Source: Nannocystis bainbridge
Lineage (GTDB): Bacteria; Myxococcota_A; Polyangia; Nannocystales; Nannocystaceae
Direction of reading: 5' to 3'
DNA length: 64,000 bases
Assembly: GCF_028368995.1 (NCBI RefSeq)
Contig: NZ_JAQNDL010000001.1
Location: 1,664,001-1,728,000, forward strand
Shown: piece by piece, positions 59,136 to 64,000 of the stretch
How the letters are laid out: the number at the start of each line of letters is the position of its first letter
Position numbering within the stretch: position 1 is the stretch's first letter
The notes under the pieces: generated by a model
The model's input: the letters and a program-made list of their open reading frames with translations, nothing else
Told to the model about the DNA's origin: nothing
Database searches by the model: none
Translations under genes and position numbers: made by a program

Positions 59136-62030
59136 TCAGCGCTCCTGCCCTGCAAGCCACGCCTCGACCTCGCGCAGCTGCCCTTGCGCCGCCGCCCCGA
59201 TCTCCCGAAACCCCTCCGCCGCAGCGCCGGCCTCCGCGAGCGCGCGGCTGCGGTCGCCGCCGGTAGCGACCAGCGCCCGCGCCAGATCGAAGTGCGCCTC
59301 CGGCTCGAGGTACTGCCGGCCCGCGCTGTCCTCATAAAGCCTCACCGCTCGCTCGAGCAGCGCCAGCGCCTCGCCCGGTCGGTCCTGCAAGTACAGGCGC
59401 CCGAGGCTGGCCAGGCTGACCGCCACGTTCGGGTGGTCGCGCCCGAGCGCCTTCTCCTTGATCGCCAGCGCTCGCTCGACCAGCGCGATCGCCTTGCCCG
59501 GGTCGCCCGTGGCCGCGTACACATTGGCCAGGTTGCCCAGCACGCGGGCCACGTCCGGGTGTTCGGGCCCCAGGCTGCGGCTCCAGATGGCGATCGCGCG
59601 CTCGTACAGCGCCTTGGCCCGCGCGTACGCCTTCGCCTCCACGTACACGTTGGCCAGGCCGTTGAGGCTGAACGCGATGTCGACGTGATCGCGGCCGAGC
59701 GCCGCCTCCTTGAGCGCCAGCCCGCGCTCGTGCAGCGCCGCCGCGGTCGTCAGGTCGCCCATCTTCGACGCCGCGCTGGCGAGGTTGCTCAGGCTCTCGG
59801 CCACCGCCGGGTGGTCCGGGCCCAGCGCCGCCTCCTGGATCACCAGCGCGCGCGCGTACAGCCGGTGCGCCGCCGCCAGCTCGCCGGCCTCGATGTGCGC
59901 GTGGCCCAGGTGCTGCAGCGACGCCGCCACGTCCGGGTGGGCCGGCCCGAGCGCCGCCACCGTCAGCGCCAGCGCCCGCTCGGCCTGCTCGCGCGCCGCC
60001 GCGAACGACCCCGCCGCCTGGTTCGTCATCGCCAGGTTGCTCAGCGTCGTCGCCACGTCCGGGTGCTCGCGGCCCAGCGCCGCCTCGCGGATCGCCAGCG
60101 CCTGCTCGTAGGCGCCGCGCGCCAGCGCATAGTCGCCGGCGACGTAGTGCAGCGCCGCCAGGCTGTTGAGCCGCTGGGCCTCGCGCAGCCGCTCGGGGTC
60201 GCCCGCGTGGGCCGCCGCGACCTCGGCGTGCTGGGCCCACGCGCGCGCCTCGGCCGGGCGCCGCTGCTTGTAGCCGACCAGGAACGTCAGCTCGGCGGCC
60301 GCCTGCGCCGCGACGTCCCACGCCCCCGCGCGCGCCGCCGCGAAGTAGGCCGCCGTGTCGGCCGCCGCCGCCCGGTCCGGCAGCGCCAGGCCGCGCGCCA
60401 GCTCGCCCTCGGCCGCGCGTGCATCCGCCACCAGCGGCGGCCAGGCCAGCGCCTCCGCCCGCGCGCGCGCCGGCTCGAGCCTCGCCAGGCCCTCCACGTA
60501 GCGCCCGGCGAGCCCGAGCGAGCGAGCCCGGGCCAGCTCCGCGCGCAGCTCCCCGACCTCGGCCCGGCCCTCGGTCGGCGGCGCGGGCAGCCGGCGCAGC
60601 AGCTCCGGGTCGACGCACGCCTCCACCCCGCGCAGGCTGGCCGCGGCCGCCACCGCCATCTGCACCGCCGTCCGGTCGGCGCGGGTCAGCTCGCCGATCA
60701 GCGACTCGATCGCCGAGCGCCGCTCGGCCAGGCACCACTCCGCGCGGTCGAACGTGCCGGCGTCCCAGCGGCCCTCGACCTCGACGCGCACGCAGGCGCG
60801 CGCGCGCGCCGACTGCCACGCGCGCACCTGGTCTTCGAGCCAGGTCGAGGTCCGGATCGCCGTCCACTCCGCCTGCGGGAACCCGGTCGCGCGGAACGCC
60901 AGCCGCAGGCGCTCGCGCGCGGCGGGGTTCCAGGTCGCGTCGAGCTCGCCCGCCTGCGCCGCGCAGCCGGCCAGCCGCCGCGCGTGGTCCCACTGGCGCA
61001 GGCCGACGATCGCCGTCACCGCCACCGCCACCGCCACCACGGTCGCCCCGAAGGCGCGCCGGCGGGCCCGCGCCTGGCCGCGGTCGAGCGCGGCCAGCAG
61101 CGCCGTCATCGACGGCCAGCGCCGCCCCGGCTCGTTCGCCAGCCCGCGCGCCAGCACCTGTCGCAGCCACGGCGGCGCCCGGCGGCCGCGCGGGGGCGCC
61201 CGCAGCAGCCCCGCCATCACCTGCGTCGCCAGCTCGATCGGCGTCTCGCCGGCGAACGGCCGCTCGCCGTACAGCAGCTCCCACGCCGTCACGCACCACG
61301 CGAACTGGTCGACCGCCGGCGTCGCCTCCAGCCCCATCCACTGCTCCGGCGCCATGTACCCCGGCGTGCCCTCGAGCGCGCCGACCCGGGTCAACCGCAG
61401 CGTCAGCAGATCGAGCCCCGTCGGCGCCGTCGTGTGGTCCGACAGACCCGGCGAAAGCACCGTCGGCTCGGGCGCTCGCCCGTGCGCCAGCCCGAAGTCC
61501 ATCACCCGCACGCGCCCGTCGCCGCCGACCATCACGTTGTCGGGCTTCAGATCGCGGTGCACCAGCCCCGCCGCGTGGGCCGCCTCGATCCCGCGGCCCG
61601 CCTCTCGCAACACCCGGAGCGCCTCCGGCCACGGCCTCGTCCGGCCCGCCGCCCACGTCCGCAGCGTCTGGCCCTCGATCAGCTCCATCGCGATCCACAC
61701 CCGCTCGCCGTGCGTGCCGGTGTCGTGGACCGCGACCACGTTCGGGTGCGACAGCTTGGCCAGCGCCTGGGCCTCGCGCAGCAGGCGGATCCGGTCGACC
61801 TCCGCGCTCTCGCGCTGGGCCCCGGGGATCACCAGCTTGATGGCGATCTTGCGCTCGAGCTCGGGGTCCCGCGCGGCGTACACCACCCCCATCCCGCCGA
61901 CGCCGAGCCGCTCGAGGATCGTGTAGCGGCCGATCCGCGCGCCCCGCGGCAGCTCGTCCTCGGACGCGAGCAGGGCCGGCTCCGAACGCACCGGGCTGGC
62001 CGTGGCCGCGGCGGTGGTGTCGAGCTGCAC
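59136..62030 (-). CDS. Ser/Thr kinase with TM and TPR repeats
   Basis: GVGGMG, IAIK, HRDLKPDN, DFG, GTPGYMAPE; LGxxHPDVA TPRs; start GTG 62030 or 62084. Confidence 0.95.
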   Translation of the reverse strand: MQLDTTAAATASPVRSEPALLASEDELPRGARIGRYTILERLGVGGMGVVYAARDPELERKIAIKLVIPGAQRESAEVDRIRLLREAQALAKLSHPNVVAVHDTGTHGERVWIAMELIEGQTLRTWAAGRTRPWPEALRVLREAGRGIEAAHAAGLVHRDLKPDNVMVGGDGRVRVMDFGLAHGRAPEPTVLSPGLSDHTTAPTGLDLLTLRLTRVGALEGTPGYMAPEQWMGLEATPAVDQFAWCVTAWELLYGERPFAGETPIELATQVMAGLLRAPPRGRRAPPWLRQVLARGLANEPGRRWPSMTALLAALDRGQARARRRAFGATVVAVAVAVTAIVGLRQWDHARRLAGCAAQAGELDATWNPAARERLRLAFRATGFPQAEWTAIRTSTWLEDQVRAWQSARARACVRVEVEGRWDAGTFDRAEWCLAERRSAIESLIGELTRADRTAVQMAVAAAASLRGVEACVDPELLRRLPAPPTEGRAEVGELRAELARARSLGLAGRYVEGLARLEPARARAEALAWPPLVADARAAEGELARGLALPDRAAAADTAAYFAAARAGAWDVAAQAAAELTFLVGYKQRRPAEARAWAQHAEVAAAHAGDPERLREAQRLNSLAALHYVAGDYALARGAYEQALAIREAALGREHPDVATTLSNLAMTNQAAGSFAAAREQAERALALTVAALGPAHPDVAASLQHLGHAHIEAGELAAAHRLYARALVIQEAALGPDHPAVAESLSNLASAASKMGDLTTAAALHERGLALKEAALGRDHVDIAFSLNGLANVYVEAKAYARAKALYERAIAIWSRSLGPEHPDVARVLGNLANVYAATGDPGKAIALVERALAIKEKALGRDHPNVAVSLASLGRLYLQDRPGEALALLERAVRLYEDSAGRQYLEPEAHFDLARALVATGGDRSRALAEAGAAAEGFREIGAAAQGQLREVEAWLAGQER

Positions 62031-62144
62031 GCGCCACCGTATCGCCCCGGCCCGCGCAATTGAAGGCCCGTTTTCGCCCGTCACGGCGCCGCGAGAGGAC
62101 CCGCGTCGGCGGGAGAGCCCGCAGGACCCGCCGGCAGCGATTCA

Positions 62145-62224
62145 TCGCATGCCCTCTCGGACATGTCCCTCACGACATTTTCAAAAGGACATGTCCTCAT
62201 GAACATGTCCATCCGACCATAAAC
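62145..62224. repeat. GACATGTC 14-bp-pitch array (6 units)
   Basis: Cores at 62148, 62162, 62176, 62190, 62204, 62218. Confidence 0.95.
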
Positions 62225-62284
62225 TCGGATCCGCCGACAAGTCGACACGCAGGTCCCGTCACTCCCGGGCGAGCCACGCGAACC

Positions 62285-62375
62285 CGGCCCGGCGCGACGC
62301 CCTCACGTCTCCGGGCAGCACCCCGCACGAGCACGGCCCGGCGCGACGCCTTCGCGTCTCCGGGCAGCACCCCGC
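62285..62375. repeat. 42-bp direct repeat x2 (period 49)
   Basis: CGGCCCGGCGCGACGCC(C/T)TC(A/G)CGTCTCCGGGCAGCACCCCGC at 62285 and 62334. Confidence 0.85.
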
Positions 62376-62406
62376 CCACGTCCCGACCCTCACGAGCTCG
62401 GCCCGC

Positions 62407-62490
62407 GTCCACGAAGAACGTGCCGCCGTGGGCTCGCACGAACACGCCGTCGTGCTGGCTGACCGCGCCGGTGAAGGCGCCCTTCTCGTC
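62407..62490 (-). pseudogene. Fragment of a sigma54-dependent activator (bEBP) AAA+ domain
   Basis: Translates DEKGAFTGAVSQHDGVFVRAHGGTFFVD (GAFTGA loop through Walker B); rest of the domain absent. Confidence 0.8.
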
Positions 62491-62511
62491 GGATCCGTAT
62501 CGAGTCAGGCC

Positions 62512-62853
62512 TCACGCGCGACTCGTCGTCGTGAGCCCCGCCAGCGCCTCTGCCAGCTCCGCCCGCGACGGCCGCGCCAGCTGGCCGACCACCTCGCCGT
62601 CGCGCATCAGCACGAAGTTCGGCCACAGCTTGACCCGGAACGAGCGCCCCAGCGGTCGCCCCGGCCCGTCCTCCACCTTCACGTGCTCGACCTCGGCGTG
62701 CTCGGCCAGCAGCGACTTCACCCCCGGCGCCGCGGCCGAGCAGTGGCCGCACCACGCGGTCCCGAACTCGACGAGCACGAGCCCGCTCCGCTGGTTCAGT
62801 TGCTCGCGAGTCGGCGCTCGCTCGGAGTCCAGGTACTGGGTCGCAAAGGCCAT
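62512..62853 (-). CDS. Thioredoxin family protein
   Basis: VEFGTAWCGHC active site; FRVKLWP cis-Pro loop. Confidence 0.92.
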   Translation of the reverse strand: MAFATQYLDSERAPTREQLNQRSGLVLVEFGTAWCGHCSAAAPGVKSLLAEHAEVEHVKVEDGPGRPLGRSFRVKLWPNFVLMRDGEVVGQLARPSRAELAEALAGLTTTSRA

Positions 62854-63116
62854 GGTGGTGGCATTGTGACCGCTTTCTCCGGCCCGGCACGCCCGCCACC
62901 CAGGGCCGCCCCCGCGCGCCCGCGCGGCTCCCGACGCGCCCGACCGGCCTCGTCGGCATCGCCCGCCCGCCGATGGCGCGCGCCGTCCATGGTGAAATCA
63001 TCGGACATGCCGCGCCCGCTCCTCCCACCCCGAGCGCGAGCGACCTCTCCCGAGTCGCATTCCTGCGAGCCTGGCTCGCACAAACGCGACGAGGTGCGCG
63101 CTTCGCCTCGCGTACC

Positions 63117-63860
63117 ATGCTCCGCATGGCCCTGCCAGCACGATCGCGCGCAACTCCTCCGACTCGTCGCCTCCCGTCGCGCCCCCTCGCGCCCGCGCTG
63201 GCGTGCCTGCTCGCGTTCGGCTGCGGCGGCTCTGGCACCCCCGACACCTCCGCGACCATCGAGCCGACCAGCAGCCCCGCCACCACCGACACCGAAAGCA
63301 CCAGCGGCACCAGCGGCACCCCGACCACTGGCGGCACCCCGACCACCGGCGGCACCGACGATACCGGCGCCAGCACCGGCGGCGAACCCGGCACCTGCGC
63401 CGCGCTGTGCCAGCGCACCGTCGAATGCGAAGTCCCCACCACCCCGGAGCAGTGCGAGGCCGACTGCGAGGCCGCCGACGCGACCCTGCGCGCCTGCGTG
63501 ACCGCCTGCGACCAGCCGATCTGCGACGACTTGCTGGACTGCACCAGCAACTGCGCGCACCAGGGCGACCCGAACGCCACCCCGTACGCCTTCTGCAACG
63601 AAGACGCCTCGACCTGCCAGCCCGGCGTCTACCTCTGCCTCCACAGCGCCCACGACGGCCTCGAGTTCTCGGTCTGCACCCCCTTCTGCGGCGACGACGA
63701 CAGCTGCCCGATCCCCGCCACCGGCACCGCCACCCCCGTGTGCGACCTCGACGGCGAGCCCAGCCTCTGCTCGCTCGATTGCAGCCAGGGCCAGCAGTGC
63801 CCGGACGACATGACCTGCGACCTCATGGGCTCCGGCATGTGCATGTGGCCGGTCGGCTGA
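63117..63860 (+). CDS. Cys-rich lipoprotein with Thr/Gly stalk
   Basis: LAFGC lipobox, repeated CxxxC and C-rich modules. Confidence 0.85.
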   Translation: MLRMALPARSRATPPTRRLPSRPLAPALACLLAFGCGGSGTPDTSATIEPTSSPATTDTESTSGTSGTPTTGGTPTTGGTDDTGASTGGEPGTCAALCQRTVECEVPTTPEQCEADCEAADATLRACVTACDQPICDDLLDCTSNCAHQGDPNATPYAFCNEDASTCQPGVYLCLHSAHDGLEFSVCTPFCGDDDSCPIPATGTATPVCDLDGEPSLCSLDCSQGQQCPDDMTCDLMGSGMCMWPVG

Positions 63861-64000
63861 CCCGCGCGACGCTTCACCGCGAGCCGCTCCGCGCACGGCG
63901 AGCCGCAAGCGACTCGCCGCCCGTCGGCGTTCACCGCCTCGCCGTCACCACGGCCACGGCAGCGAGACGCCGCACAGGAAGTTGTCGTCCCACGTATAGG

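Overview
Very GC-rich chromosomal DNA, most likely from a myxobacterium (Nannocystis-like; inferred from six Hanks-type Ser/Thr kinases, four with TM + TPR architecture, many Cys-rich lipoproteins, FG-GAP proteins and ECF sigma factors). About 40 accessory genes are present: hydrolases, SDRs, VOC, NUDIX, AraC/ArsR regulators, a CzcCBA-type efflux pump, a citrate synthase pair, a DUF4139 protein, an AI-2E transporter and a thioredoxin. I see no rRNA, tRNA, transposase, integrase or CRISPR array. The most striking unexplained signal is a dispersed family of about 13-15 short arrays built from a palindromic decamer (consensus GGACATGTCC / RRACATGTYY). The decamer recurs at a near-invariant 14-bp pitch (2-8 units per array) with variable, often AT-rich 4-nt spacers, and the arrays sit just downstream of gene 3' ends. 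Other points of interest are a candidate bacteriocin-like toxin/immunity pair, a membrane-anchored ECF sigma factor, an HTH-citrate-synthase fusion with a duplicated operator, twin ArsR-type operators flanking the regulator, a non-RD GAF kinase, a divergent ADYC-like lipoprotein, a 47-aa repeat lipoprotein, and a GAFTGA relic of a sigma54 activator. All family assignments come from motif recognition by eye, not database searches.
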